Shown one piece after another: positions 25,141-39,352 of a stretch of DNA of 64,000 nucleotides. The translations under genes and the position numbers were made by a program. Origin of the DNA: Gordius albopunctatus (lineage: Eukaryota). A model generated the notes under the pieces. The model had not been told where the DNA came from. It ran no database searches and saw nothing but the letters and a program-made list of their open reading frames with translations. Within the stretch, counting starts at the first letter, position 1, and each line of letters begins with the position of its first letter. The stretch covers positions 4,464,001-4,528,000 of the forward strand of contig OZ193910.1 of the NCBI GenBank assembly GCA_964276515.1, read 5' to 3'.

Positions 25141-26229
25141 GCTTATTAATCAATTTTTAATTCCTTAATTAATTATTATCATAATGTCAATTTCGACAAA
25201 AAATAAGGTTTTTTCAAACTCACTTTGTTGTTCACATGTATTCTATCACTATTAAATTATTTTAATAATCCACAGTCGAGGTTTAAAATTCTCCATAAAA
25301 TTACCACTGTCTTACGTAAATTTGTATGAGTAGTTCGGCCCCAGGCGAAAAGCCATTTTGATTTTTGCGCCCAAATCGAGTCCGGATAAACAACAATAAT
25401 CTCGGTTATTTCTGAAACATGCGAATATCCCCTAACTTCCTAAGCAAATCCTCCTTTTCGTTTAATACAGCATTAAAAACTGAGATATTATGAGGGGTCG
25501 TAAAAAAGCATTGCCCACAAACCTTACTTTGGTCAATAAGCTATTAGTGTGTTCAGATAATTCATAAAAACTTAAAGCAACCGGTATAAGCATGGACGTA
25601 GCCAAGTCCCCAAACATTAAGGTCCGTTTTCTTCCCCTGCTTAAATTTCACAGCAAATTAAATGTTTTTCAACGAAGTGTAGAAGAGCTTAGGTTAAAAG
25701 CTCAACAAAAACCAACACGGGGCCTGGGGGCGCTACCTAACACCAAATAACCGAGGACAATAACCTTGTTAGAAGTTAGGGTCGGAGCCCTTCTTAGAGG
25801 TCTGAAGAACTGTGGCACTTTGTTGAAAGTATTTTCATTTTTCTCCTTATTTAACGCGCAAAAAATGACAAAATTAGATTTTTTAATTTATTTAGCCACC
25901 CAGGAGGGGATACTACCGTCCTATAATAATAATTGATGCGAAAAATAAGCAAAAAAATGACTTTGATTTAATATTTCAAATCGTAAAAAGTTTCCATTTT
26001 CCGCAGCATATGCTTACATTTAACACACTGCACTACCTACACGCATGACGGTCTAGAAAATACTATAAGTGAAGTAGATACACTTTTACTAAAGAACTGT
26101 ATATTCAAATTTTCAAAGAACACGATAGACACGCATTACGTCATGAGGTTGCGTTTGATTGACATTTTATTAAACGTCAAAACGTATAGACCTAAATAAC
26201 TTGACCGTCTTATGATTTAGAGATTTGGA

Positions 26230-26357
26230 ATATAGTTAAAAACCTAGGCTCAGACCTACCAAATATTCGCAGAAATTTCAATCTAATTCGGTCCAGCCGT
26301 TTCGGAGGAGTTGAGGACCAAACACCGTGACACGAGAATTTTATATATATATAGATA
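26230..26357 (-). mobile_element. Possible non-autonomous Helitron-like 5' end
   Basis: Minus strand begins TCTATATATATATAAAATTCTCGTGTCAC..ctccgaaacggctggaccg, resembling invertebrate Helitron-like repeat ends; 3' end not located. Confidence 0.45.
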
Positions 26358-26797
26358 ATCATTATCGATTATAATTATGAGGATTATTCCTTAACCACAT
26401 AAAAATGGGTTAAATCTAATTTAAGACTTATATATACCTATTTCGCTAGAATCTAACTAGAAAATTAACTTCATGGCTTACTTAAGAGCGAAAACGTTAT
26501 ATGTCTGTTATCATTTTCGAGTCACATGCTAAAAAAGATAGGGATATATATATATATTCAAATTAGTCTCTAATTATAATTGCCGATAGATGGCGCTAAT
26601 TAGAGTGTACTTTAAATTTAAGTGCGCCACTCCTGAAAGGGGTTATTATAATCTTTTGATAATTCAATTATTTTAAAGAATAATAAAAATAGAATATTAA
26701 AACTATAAGGAACTAAAAACAATTTGCACGTTATGAGAAGGTATTATGTTTGAAGCCAAGATAAAGATAATAGTAATTTAATTAAAAATAAACAAAA

Positions 26798-28926
26798 CAT
26801 AGACTGCTCATCACGGTATAAAATGTGTGTTTTTTTCCGCCATTTTGATGAACAATTTATATAGCAATGATTATATAGATTATAGTAATTTTTGTAGATT
26901 AAATTATTTTAAAAAGGTGAATGAAACATTTTGAACTATTAAATATCGACAACAGTATTTTAAAATAGATATTATTAACATATTTCATAAAAATTAATAA
27001 TGTAAAAACTGTAATGATATTAAAATTAACAATTTCGAGCCATCTATATTATGTTTAAAATTTCATTCTAATTAACTAGCGAAAAAGGTAAATCGACTGT
27101 TTATTGACCTAAAATTAAAACATTTTTATTCAATTTATTTCTTATATTTATTCTTAATTTTTGATTTATATTACGGGAATTATTATGAAGAAGGACTTTA
27201 AGATTTTTCAAAACTATTAAATTTATTAAAATTTTCAAATGTGTAAAATCTTCATTAATAAGGTGATTATTTAGTGTTTTTAAAATATTTGAACCGATTA
27301 CATAAGAAACTATTTTATTTAATATAATTAAATTTATGTTTTTTTTATTTAATAAGTTTCTATTTTTAAAATTATTAAAGATAGAGTATGTAATTTTACA
27401 TAATGAAATTAAATCTTTAGATGGATATATTAAGCCAAAATTATTTTTTATATTAATTAAATAATAATTTTTAGTTAGAGAATCATTAGGAATTGATAAA
27501 AAAGAAATGCATTCGATACAGGTCAATTTACCTTTCTCTACTAGCTTTCTTAGAATATAACCAGCAATAAAAACGATAATGTTGTCACAAAAAGCTGGTA
27601 ATTGCGATACATTTAGAATTTCATCGTCCTCGTCATCTATTAGAACATCTTCTTCTTTTCTTCGTTGAAAATCACCACAAATGATAGTATTATCCCCAAA
27701 ATCAAAACAATTGCCGTTGTTATTATTAATGACTCTGGCACACAAAGTGCCCCTTACAGCTGCCCGAAGTTGATAAGCAGAAGGGTTGTTATTAAAACCT
27801 CCTTTGGACCTAATCACAGAAAAGTAAATTTCTAGGTGGTCCTGAGAAAGTTTATAGGTTTTTAGATATCTTAACACAAATTAATTATAAATATATATAT
27901 TGTACTTTGCCGGTGTGTTAGCATTAATCAAAATATCTTCTGCTAACAAAGGAATAGAGTGCATAGCTGATATAAGACCAACTATAGGTATTTTTTTATT
28001 TGAAGTGTAAATCAAGGTTCCATTCTGAAACTTCAATTGTGCCAGGTACTTTATCATCTTCTGGTAGAAGCTTTTCAGGAGGTCCAATGACTCCTTGAAG
28101 ATTGGGGCCTTCCAACCTTTTGCCAAAACATTTCTACTGTTTAAAGTATCAAACAGCCTGGATTGATATAATAAATATATCATAATATTAATAAATGAGA
28201 AATATTCATACTTATTTATTAATAAAATAAAGGAGACTGTTGCTTCTGAGTCCTCAAACCCAGGTTCTTTGGATTCCCTGGCCAACATAATCCCCTTGGC
28301 CACAGAGGCTGAAAAAACTTGAGCTTCCTTTTCTTGGGAACTGGTTTGTAATAGTTTGTTGAATCATTCAAGGGAGTTGCTTTTGAGTTATAGGCTTGTC
28401 TTTTTGGTGTATCTTTCTAATAAATTATGTATTAATAAATACAAGAAAGTGTAAATAATTTGAATAAAAACAACCAATATAAATAATTTGAATAAAAACA
28501 ACCAATAAAGGATAATTAGGCTTACATAGCTTGGAAAGTTAAATATTGTGGGAACTGCATTTTCTCTTAATTGATGATAATTTGTTGAAGAGGGGTAAAA
28601 GTCTTGTGATCTGAAATGATACGAACACACGCGAGAATGTTCCTTAATTTCAAAATCTCGTTTAATATTGGGAATCCACGCTTTTAAAAGCTGTGGATTC
28701 TTTACTGGAAACCTAAAAAAATTTAAAAATATACTTTATCTAGTAATATATTACTTACTTATGGAAAGAAAACTTTCGGTCTTTACCTCTCTCGTTCGTA
28801 CAGAATGGCACCGAGCAATAAGACATTATGTGAGCATATGTGAGATAGTACGCTGTTGTTAATCAAAATGGCGGAATAAAACACACACATTTTGCCATAT
28901 GGTACATATGACATGAGCAGTCTATG
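26798..28926 (-). mobile_element. P-element/THAP9-like DNA transposon, internally deleted
   Basis: 14-bp TIR catagactgctcat / atgagcagtctatg plus subterminal inverted aaaatgtgtg..ccgccattttgat; no clear TSD. Confidence 0.88.
27101..28826 (-). pseudogene. THAP-domain P-element transposase with introns; central region deleted
   Basis: MSYCSVPFC..FHK|FP..AW..VCSYHF..LRENAVPTIF (C2CH THAP). KRK is fused directly to AQVFSASVA. Then LFDTLNS, YLKTYKLSQDHLEIYFSVIRSKGGFNNNP, FIAGYILRK..CIEC..GLIYPS. Confidence 0.9.
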
Positions 28927-29034
28927 TAGTCTATGATTAGAACAGACAATAGCTAGGTGCTCCGCGCCGTGTGTGTTCAGTTTGTTATTGCTATCATCAT
29001 CATGTTTACAACACGGCCACCTTATCTAACTAAC

Positions 29035-30355
29035 TAGAGACCTGCAACGGGCCTATTTTGCTTTGTCGGGCCACCCGCTTCAAAAATTTCTAGGCCCGGG
29101 CCAGGCCCGCTGAAAAAAGAAAAATTTGGCCCGGGCCCGGCCCTAAACATTGGCCGTAGAATTTTTTTTTTTGCAAATTTTTAAACGATTGTTATTTTTT
29201 TATTAAAAAGTTAATTCAATATTAAGTGATATATGTTAAAAACATCAATAATAATCATGTAAAAATAATAAATCGTTAATTATTTCCGGTCTTAATCGGG
29301 TTCTTCTCTCTTCTAATAAGCGACCAGCCGTTGAGAAATTTCGTTCACTAGTGGCACTTGTAGCCGGGATACTTAAAACCATAAATGCCAAATGAGATAA
29401 TTTTGGGTACCTAATTAAAGGTTATATTGATTTTACTTTATTTATTAACTTGCCCTGGTGTTACATTATTTATTAAAAACTGGCAAAAGTCTTAAATCCT
29501 TTTTTGCCAAAAACTTCAAATGGTCTTAAATCTTTGGCACAAAATTTTATGGCTTCATCAATTACTTTGGTTTTTAAAAGCGTTGCTTTTTTCGTATCCA
29601 TTGCTGAAACATATTGATAAATTGTTCCAGATGTTGATTCAACGCTACATTTGTGTCGTTTGAGGTGGGAGGTACCATAAGAGGGTTGGTAGGACAGATA
29701 TTTTTTGCAAGTTTTGCAGATGCACACCCTAGCTTGGTTATCGTTTTCGTCCAAGAGGATATCAAACCTTTTCCATACATCACTCTTTAAGTTCTGATTC
29801 AATTTGATTTTAAGATCTTTAGCTTTTCTTTTGGTAGCATTATTTAATTCTTCCGACATGTGTAATGTACTATAAACAATTTGTTTAGATAAGCAAAACG
29901 TTATTTTACAATTTAAAACAATGTTAAAGATTAAAAATTTAAAATAATCATAAAAATACTTGTTGTAAAATATAGCTGTAGTTTACTTTGCTGAATATTC
30001 AGGTCTTACTTATAAAGTATCAATTCAAATTTCGCAGTACTTTTTGTAAATGTATGAATGAAAAAGGAAAAGTAAGTGTGTTTGTGTTGCGTATTAGGAC
30101 ACAAAAAAAATAAATTTAAATTAATAAAAAAACAGTTTAAATATAAGACGCTTGTCTTTGTTTAAGTTGTAATTATTTTAAAGTATTTATTACTACACAA
30201 ATAAAAAATTAACTATTTTGCAACGAGCTTTTAACGGCCCTAGCTAAATCTAGGCCCGGCCCGCTTGATTTGTCGGCCCGCCCAAGCCCGACCCGTTGTT
30301 TTTTTTAAAGTACAAAGCCCGCCCATACCCGGCCCGCGGGCCGTGCAAGTCTCTA
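29035..30355 (-). mobile_element. hAT (hobo/Hermes-like) element, internally deleted
   Basis: TIR tagagacctgca / tgcaagtctcta; ggccc-rich subterminal repeats; BED finger ORF 29473-29859 (SDVW..F..CKTC..GTSHLKRH.C); dimerisation domain YPKLSHLAFMVLSIPATSATSERNFS at ~29260-29410; no TSD. Confidence 0.9.
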
Positions 30356-31599
30356 GTTCCGACTACCAAAATTGAAAGATATTTACAATGACCAAATAGT
30401 TGAAAGGCTGCAAATAGATGATCAGCAGAATGCTAACGATATGTGAATAACATAGCTAACACGGTACGATTAGTAGCGATATGTGTTCTAGGAGAAGGTA
30501 AACCAGGTATACAAAAAGATAAGGAGACATGGTGGTTGAACGAAGACGTGCAACGCCTGGTCAAGTTGAAAAAAAAGCTTTACAAATTATTGTCAGGCAA
30601 CAGAAATGAAGAAACACGATTGGCATATGCGAAAGCTAAAACCGAGGCAAAACGTTGTGTAGCCAAGGCTAAAACAGAGGTCTACCAAAATTTTAATCCC
30701 AATTTAACCAGTAAAGAAAGGGAAAGAATGATCTACAAAATCGCAAAGACCAGAGTTACGAACTCAAAGGATGTGGTAAACGTGAAATCTATAAAGAGCA
30801 AGGAAAGCATCAGTCTAACTCTGGACCATCAAATCATAGATCGTTGGGAAGAATACTATAAAGAATTATTAAACAGTGAAAATGTGTTTTCGGACCACTG
30901 CGAAAGCAAGACCTATGAATATGACCCAGAGTTAGAAGTGACAGAGGAAGAGGTTGACCAGGTGCTTAAAAATATGACCATGGGTAGAGCGGTGGGGCCT
31001 GATAATATACCTATGGAAGCTTTTAAAATGCTAGGACCCTTAGGTGTACATCTACTCGCAAAGCTGCTTAACAAAATACTTGCAAGTGGTATGATGCCTG
31101 ATGGTGGAGGGAATCTATAAATTGAAGAGAGATGTACAAGAATGCAACAACTATCGAGGGATAAAGTTAACGAGCCACGTAATGAAGGTGTGGGAAAAGG
31201 TTATAGAAGCTAGATTCCGAAAAATAATACCAATAGATGAACGAAAATTTGGGTTCATGCCTGGAAAGTCGACTTCAGATGCAATACATGGTCTTAGGAG
31301 ATTTATGGAAATATATAAGAAAAAACAAAAGGATCTTCATATGTGTTTCACCGATCTTGAGAAAGCTTTCGATAAAGTGTCAAGGCAGTTGATATGGGAT
31401 AGCCTGAGTTCTAATGGTGTACCCGACGCTTATATAATTTTAATAAAGGATATGTATAGAAACTCAAAAACCAAAGTTCAGACATCCAGTGGTACATCAA
31501 AGGGATTCAGTCTAAATGTCGGTGGGAATCAAGGATCGGCCCTAGGTCCATTGCTCTTCATTACAATAATGGATTCGATAACGAAGGACCTGAAACGCG
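30356..31599 (+). mobile_element. RTE non-LTR fragment (linker + RT up to QGSAL), frameshifted
   Basis: KETWWLNEDV, AVGPDNIP, NYRGIKL, FGFMPGKST, FTDLEKAFD, QGSALGPLLF; breaks at 31599 before YADD. Confidence 0.9.
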
Positions 31600-32345
31600 C
31601 AAAGAATTGTGTCTAGAAAATAACATTGTAAAATGATAAGTTAATATTGTACATATTTTAAGGAACATTTATGGCTTTAAAACTTGTAAAAGGATGAATT
31701 TTAAATAGAATTTATTTTTGGTTAAATATATTAAAACAAAGTAATATTATCGCGTCTACAATAATATAAGTTATTGTTGTAAAATGGGCTGGTTTTTGTT
31801 TGGTCGACCTTTGGTTTTAGTCGACTAATCATAAACAAACTAAATATTTCTTGTCTGTTTTAGTAAAGGTTTTTAGGTCAAACCTATGGGTTGTTTATAT
31901 TATGTCGACTAAAATCCAGCCTTTTTTACAACACTAATCTAAATATACAGGTATTGCATATTGTCATTACTGGTTGAATAAAAAGATCTTATTTAATGTA
32001 TTTTTTTAAAATAAGATGGTATTTATTATATATTGAAATTTTCCAACTATTTGATTTTGCTTGATTTGTCTTTTTAATAACTATCTTAAATATCTACTTT
32101 ATTTTGTATCTGCTCACAACTTTAATTATTTCCTAAAACCAAATACGACGAAATTTCAATTAACTTTAAACCCAGGAAAAAACTAACGATCTATTATCAA
32201 GGCCTTTCAACAAGTGTACTCCAATTTCATGTTTAACATTGAACCTTAGAGTCAATAACTCTCAAACATTGTATCTCAAAATAGTATCATTTGTCCAAAT
32301 GTATCATTCTTCACAACCTAATTTTTCAATAAGGTATCTTTGCAG

Positions 32346-33294
32346 ATGAAATTTACCATGTTTGCCTGTCTGTATATTCTTGGATTAGTTGCTGGATTAA
32401 ATGGTAAGCCCTAATTTTTTTGTGTTTAATATTATATATATATAAAAGGAATTTCTATCAAGCCAACTAATAAAAGTGAGCAAGTTTTTAAATTAACTTC
32501 TAAGCAATTTTTTATTATTGTATCCTCTTTCATTGCATTTACTCTTCAGTAACGGCTAAACGAGGTAAATGTCATATAAATTATAAGCGCTTTTATCTTC
32601 CTTTAGCTATTGAAACAAATGATTTTATGCTTGTTCTTAATCCCTAGGTTACTATTTTCCCTATTATCCACATTTTCCCCCTACGTCATCTACATCAAGT
32701 ATTTAATATCAATATTTAATTACAAATTACGAAAAAAATTAACTGCAATTTTGTTTATGCACAGGCAGTTTGACTAGCGATAGCTCCAATTGTGCGAACA
32801 TTACTTGTCCACAACTAAGTCTAATCTTTACTCTCCCAAATGGTTGTATACGGTGTAAGAATGAGAAGCATTTCTTTCTTATTTCTTTCCCTATATAGTA
32901 TAATAAAATCTTAATGAATTCGTAGGTTTTGCTCCAGGACAGAGGATCAACGTAATTTTTGATTTTACAATAATATAAAAGTTAGAATACACTTTTGAAT
33001 AAAAGAGTTCCTTTTTAAAAATTTATTTTTCGATCTTAATTAAATGATAAACTATAATTTAAATGGGGCTATTACATGGCATTAGGTATAAAAACCAATG
33101 TTGATTTAAAAGGATGAAATAGTTCGAATGTTCTGGAATTAAGATAAAATGTACTATGAATCAATCTACGGTGAAGAATATATAATTTATTGTAAATAAA
33201 AATATATAATGTTTGCTAGGGCGTTAGTTTGTATATAATATTTAATTCTGTGTAATTACTTTAGATTTAAACTTATTACTTTATTAGGTCAACA
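32346..33294 (+). pseudogene. Small secreted micro-exon peptide gene A, copy 1 (last exon truncated by RTE sequence)
   Basis: GT-AG exons 32346-32403, 32449-32475, 32550-32564, 32648-32698, 32765-32854, 32926-32951 encode MKFTMFACLYILGLVAGLNG-ISIKPTNK-ITAKR-GYYFPYYPHFPPTSSTS-SSLTSDSSNCANITCPQLSLIFTLPNGCIR-CFAPGQRIN. Confidence 0.65.
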
Positions 33295-33825
33295 TATGCA
33301 GCAGGAAAGAATTCAAATATCTTGGTTCTAGGGTACAATGTGATGGAGGTGTGGAAAACGAAATTAAGGTAAGAATAAACGCAGGCTGGCTAAAATTCAG
33401 GGAGTTGAGTGGTGTCCTATGTGACAAGCACATACCACTCAAATTGAAAGGGCGATTATATAACACCGTTATTGTACCCACGGTATTGTATAGAGCGGAA
33501 ACCTAGGCAATTAGGCGAAAAGAGGAGCAAAGCTTGGCTACAATCGAGATGCGAATGTTAAGATGGATCTTGGGAATAAGCAAAAAGGACCATATAAGGA
33601 ATCAAGACATAAGGGATAAACTAAATGTAGTTCCAATTCATAGAAAGTTGGTGGTAAGAAGATTGAGATGGTATGGCCATTTGGAGAGACGGGAGGAAAG
33701 TCACTTGGCAAACCGTATCAAGAAAGTGCAAGAACGTAAGCGAAAGAGAGAGAGACCTAAACTGACATGGAAGCATAAAATAGATATGGACTTGAGAAGT
33801 TACGAGCTAAAGCGAAGCTGGTGTA
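33295..33825 (+). mobile_element. RTE 3' fragment (duplicated at 42816-43346)
   Basis: EFKYLGS..INAGWLKFRELSGVLCDK..EMRMLRW..RLRWYGHL; one in-frame stop; logical continuation of 30356-31599. Confidence 0.9.
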
Positions 33826-35730
33826 TAGTGTTGCGATCTCGTCTCGGTCTCGAAAACAAAATCTCATCTCGTTTCGGGAGCGATTATGAAAATCTCGATC
33901 TCATCTCGGTCTAGAAAAATCTCGGTTTCGTCTCGAATTTTTTTTTAAAAATATATACGGAATAAAAATCTCTGTTGTTTTATTAAAAATATTAAATAAG
34001 TGTTAAAAATCCAAATGGCAAACTTCTATATTTTTAAAAAAACTTTTAATACACAAACCTTTTAAAGATTTAGCGGGACACGACATCTCCTTCACAATAT
34101 AAAGATATTAATTAATTCATAAAGAAAATATTTCTATGGAAAGTGCAAACTAAAAATAAATTTGAAGTATATAAAATTAAATTTTATTTTTCTAGCAAAC
34201 TATAACATTTGTATCAAATTCACTTTGTTTGTCAACTCTAAATAGACTGAGAAAATTATAAGTTCGCTTATAGTTGACTTAGTTGCACAATTCAGCAAAT
34301 TTAGACCCGTTATTAACCCTGGCTAAAGCTTCAAAGTCCTTACCATATTTAAAGCAACGTTTAAGTCCATTGATATTACCATCATCAATTATAGCCCATA
34401 GTGTTTATTGCATGTTCACTATAACGTTACAAACCACAAAGTGCGAGCGATAAACTAGTTGTAAATTTATAAAAACAACAAAAAAAGCAGCATTATATAG
34501 GATTAAGAACATAAGGTTTTAAACCTTAAATTAAAGTGCACGTATTTAAATTTGTGGCAAAAATCATTATAATCAAATTCATATTCCAAATAATTACCTT
34601 CCAATCCTAACTAACTTTGCCATTAAATAGTTATTTATCGAATACAATGAATATGTTCGTGTATTTATTTTATATTGCAAAATTATAGAAATTATAGTAA
34701 ATTTGAATGCACCTGCCAACCTAGCTTGTAATGTGAAAAGTAATGCGTATGAAAAAACTATGTATTCACGTAATGTCTTATTAAGGTTCAAATTTATAAT
34801 TACCGCATCATGCAGGATGAGTAACTGCAAAATTCAAATATGTTTTAGTAATATTTACTATTCTACCACAACTCATTCTAAGCTTAAACTTTTGTAATAT
34901 TTAATAATGCTATGGATATAAATATGTGATAAATATATTATACAATTATTCACATACCCTAAAAGTCAACCATACTTAGGTAATGATTGCAAAATTTTTA
35001 ATTGTTTGCAAAATATATATAATATTTACAACATTTCGGAATTTTTTTAATATCAAATATATTCCATTATATATTGATTTACACTTAATACCTGTAAATA
35101 AGAAAGATAAAATAAAATACGATTAATTGTTACTTATATTTAAATTATTATTATTTCAAGGGTTACGTTACTATTATCTTTTAGTCTTACCTTATTTTTC
35201 CATTTAATTATAATCGTCTTTAGAATGTTTAGAACTATTTAGAAATCCAATTTATATCATTTATTCATGACTCATATTTAACTGGCATCCCAATAGAATT
35301 GCTACGCGATATGATAATTATGAGAACAAAGGAACGCGGAGGGAGATATGATGTTGGGAGGCACGTGATTACAACATGGAAACACTCGTATGTATTACTA
35401 CGCTTCTAACAAAGCGATGCGAGAGAGATGATGAGGGGAATACCCGTGTTAGCATATCAATACAATAAATCGAGGAGATAGATGAGGGGGGGATACGCGT
35501 TTGAGGCATCTGTAGTATGCAACTACAACAATACCTTAAATGTCAATCATGCAAATCAAAAGACACAATAATTTAATAAAATCTAACGATGAATAAAAAG
35601 TTGAGATCTCGCCGAAAAAATCTCGTATCGTCTCGTCTCAACATCAAAATTCTCGTCTCGATCTCGACTCCATCTTTGAAATTCTGTCTCGGTCGAGACC
35701 GAGATTTTTCTCGGTTTTTCCGCATCACTA
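33826..35730. mobile_element. Non-autonomous hAT-type element (duplicated at 43347-45235)
   Basis: TIR tagtgttgcg / cgcatcacta; 8-bp TSD ctggtgta / ctggtata; tctcg subterminal arrays; no transposase ORF. Confidence 0.85.
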
Positions 35731-35831
35731 CTGGTATAAGTGCAGGAATACATGGAGAACCTACTTGAAGGAGCTGACCACTAAATGTGACAAACACCTA
35801 TAGGAAAAAAAATGTTATAGAACTCGACTAA

Positions 35832-37145
35832 CCCCGCGTTCGTGATGACGCGCGAATTGCTAATTAATTCGCACGAAAATAACAAATGTATTAATTAAAT
35901 AGAAGGCGTTCATAGTAAAATCGTAGACGATTATTTTCGTACGCGGCAAAAAGCGAACAAAATAAGATACAACTCATTTTGTATTTTTCGCGCGATGGTG
36001 GAAAATGTGAATTATGTTATGTATTTTATATATAATTTTATATGTTTATAGCATAATTACGATCTGATCAATGATATATGATAAACTCAATGAAGAATAT
36101 AAGGATATTTAAAAAGAAATGAAGATGCGATAAATTAGCCGAAAAATATTTGCTCTTATGCTAATTAGTTTAGGTGAAGATATAAAATTAAGATGGAAGA
36201 ATCTTAGAGATACATACATTAAAGAGTTGAATATGGCCAAAAATCTTAAGAGTGGAAGTGGCTTGACCACATCTTATTGGCCTTACTAGATGATTCAATA
36301 TTGTTTGGAGAAGATCTATCAATTAACCCAGATAGCATGTATTCTGATGCTTCAACTACTAATAAGGAAAATGGTAAATTGATAAAGCTTATATTAATTA
36401 ATATTCATATAGAACCTCCAACTCCAAATTAAAAAGAAAAGGAAGAAAAGTTCAGAAAACAATGTAGATATTTTATTATATTTGTAACATATGTACAACC
36501 AATAAAATAAATATGATATGTAAAAGATTTAGAAACAGCAAATTGAATATATATTATCTATAAAAATCTAAGGCAGTATAGAAATCTTGAGCTATCTTTT
36601 CAAAATCTTCCAAAGATGGAGATTTCAAATTTATGGGTTGAAAAATGGAGTATATTGCATTACATGCTTCAATCAAAATATGATGTATAGTTGATATTCC
36701 TATCTTATGTGAATAGCTTATTGATGGATAAGAATTTCCATAAGCCAAATATCTAAATTAAGCTGTGTTGATAATGCTTACCTGACAGTTATCATTAATT
36801 TTTCTTCAGGTGAAATGGAATATGCATAGTTTCGTCTCTGTGATTTTATCTTGGTAGTTATTTTGTCTAATATATAATAAAAAATTTCCTAAAAACTAAT
36901 TAATTCATTATTTTACCTTGCTCATCCTAAAATAATTGAAGAATTTCACTGGATAGTTCACTAATTTTTCTATTACCCTATTATAAATATAAGTGTTTTA
37001 ATTTTAACGTTAGGTGAAACCATGTTATAAGTGAATTAAATCGCACGCATCATGAACAACTATCGCCTGCGAATTGCTTAAACAATTTCGCGAAACAAAA
37101 TTCGCTTCGCTTTTTTTCGCTTTGCGCGTCATCACGAGCGCGGGG
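35832..37145. mobile_element. PIF/Harbinger element, internally deleted (duplicated at 45466-46779)
   Basis: TIR ccccgcg(t/c)tcgtgatgacgcgc with TAA TSD. Plus strand MADF/Myb-like remnant (IKLRWKNLRDTYIKEL..KSGSG..WPY) converges on a minus-strand transposase N-terminus (ISPEEKLMIT|YLAYGNSYPSISYSHKIGISTI). Confidence 0.9.
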
Positions 37146-38693
37146 TAAAACACACACAACACAATATAGTGTCACACAAGGGAGTAGCGAGGGGGAGGCA
37201 AGAAAGGGCGGCTGCCCCCCGTCTAAATTAAGAAATTCTTTAAATTTTAATATATTTATGGCCAAAATTACTGAAAATTGTCATTTTGCCCACGAAATCA
37301 TAATTGCTCTAATTACAATCCGGCCTACACCCATCGTGTCACATCCCTCGCGTGGCATCAAAAGATTTAAACTTTAACTAGATTTTTTTAAAAATATATA
37401 TGATACCTGGGACGTAAACAGGATTTCAATTAGAGGGGCACAAAATCATAATTTATTTCATGACAGGGAAAATCATATTTTTAAATTTAAAAATAGTTTA
37501 TTAAAATCAATTTTTTATGATATAGGCATTGTCTCCTATCAAAATCAAATAATCATTAAATTCCGGGTGTTTTATGTGCAAAAATGTCAAACGTATTCAA
37601 ATTAATAAATCGCATAAAATTTTACTGAGGAACTTTAAAAGTAACTTTTGCTTAAGATTTGTAATTGAAACTTTATTCTAATATTTTAACTTTTCTAATT
37701 TTCCCATGCGCGAAGTCTGGTGGGGCTCAAGAGACCCTTTTGTGTTGGTAGGAGGTTGATTGAATCTGGTTCTGGTATCAGGTGCATTTAGGCTAGTATG
37801 GGACTGACTTTAAGTTATTTGAGTCATTATGAGGTTAAAATTAACACACACCGTAACTAAGCAATAATAGCTATAAATCCACCAAAATAACTGCAACTAA
37901 ATTAGACAAAAAATCTAAAATAAAATTAAAAAAATTTACAAACATTTGTATAAACAAAAGAGATGCATATATCTAAATGATTTTCATGAGGGGGGGGGGT
38001 GAAATCTGGCATAATAAAATATATCGTGAAAATAATGATGTTAAAAGTAATATAATCACTAATACATTTTTTAATGTGATATACTGTTTTAACAGAATTG
38101 AAGATTACTTTTTGAAATTCTTATACTCCCCCACACCTTAGGAAAACGTGATCTCACGACTATTATCAATGCTATGTAATAAGTACGCAGCCCCGTTTTC
38201 CTGTCCTAGGAAAATTAACTTGAAGTGCAATCCAGAATTTTACTCCAAAGTTTGAAGCCTAACACAAATAAACAGGCGAGTTTTAAGGATGGAGCCACTG
38301 GCGAGGTCTTAGAAGCGAGTTTTATTTATTCATACCCAGGTCAAGCCACCATGATTATCAATGCGATATTTATTAAATAAATGAAATATTTGTTAAAAAT
38401 TAAAAAGTGGTTGAGTTTGAAATTATAGTCAAAATATGTGAAAAAATTTCCCAATATTACTATTATAGAACTGCATTCATCTATACATCATATTGCTTTT
38501 CAAAACAACGGTGATCACAATTTATTGATATATAATAAGACATCACATCACTATTGTTGAATTTAGTAAGTTCATTTTATAGCACATTGCGGAGTATACA
38601 CGTGAAATGTGAACAATAAATACATAAATTGTTAAATAAATTATACGTAAATTTAATAGCGTTTAAAGTTTGCTAGAGAAAATATGTTGCTTC

Positions 38694-39352
38694 TTAGCAT
38701 TGTGTGCACCCATCAGGGAGTATAAAGACCGCTCTGCCTGGTGGACAAAAAATGTTGGCACAATTATAACGCGCTACCGTGGTATCGCTACCTATGAAAA
38801 CATAATTAATATAGTTTAAATATTTGTAACGTCGTAAGTATACAATTAGAGTTAGTATTGATAAAATATTACTAGTTGTTGTACCGGGCGCGTTTGTTGC
38901 CACCGAGTTTTGAAAGATGTAATTATAATAACCTTTAAATAATCAAATTAAAATGATTATACGCTATGATTTGAAAGAAGTTGATTAATCAAACAATAAA
39001 TTATAAATCTTCTAAAATATTAAAGAGATTATATAAACTTTTAAAATGTAACGTTTGATTTATCATTTATTAAAAAAGTTCAAGCATTTAGACAAACTAT
39101 CACATTGGCTTTTATGTAAGAATACTTAAAAATCTAATTAATGTTATTATTACCTCTCTTTGCCGCATCTAAAATAGTCAATATTTAGAGAATTTAGAAC
39201 GTTATAATCTAATTGAATAACATATTAGATACTTTCTTTTGGTCCTTTAAGTGCCAAACCTAAATAAATGAATGTTGACTTGCGATAATTTATGGATTCT
39301 TACCATTCAGTCCAACTAACAACATGAAGACGATATATATTGTGTAAAACAT
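38694..39352 (-). pseudogene. Small secreted micro-exon peptide gene B, copy 1 (acceptor of the 18-nt exon changed AG>AC)
   Basis: Paralogue of gene A: MFYTIYIVFMLLVGLNG-LALKGPKE-NAAKR-..-YYNYIFQNSVATNAPGTTT-SDTTVARYNCANIFCPPGRAVFILPDGCTQC. Could still be expressed by skipping the symmetric exon. Confidence 0.6.

Noticed and set aside
34594..34897. ORFs inside the non-autonomous hAT element (also 44098-44401)
   Set aside because: Short AT-rich frames without motifs; their recurrence only reflects the segmental duplication.
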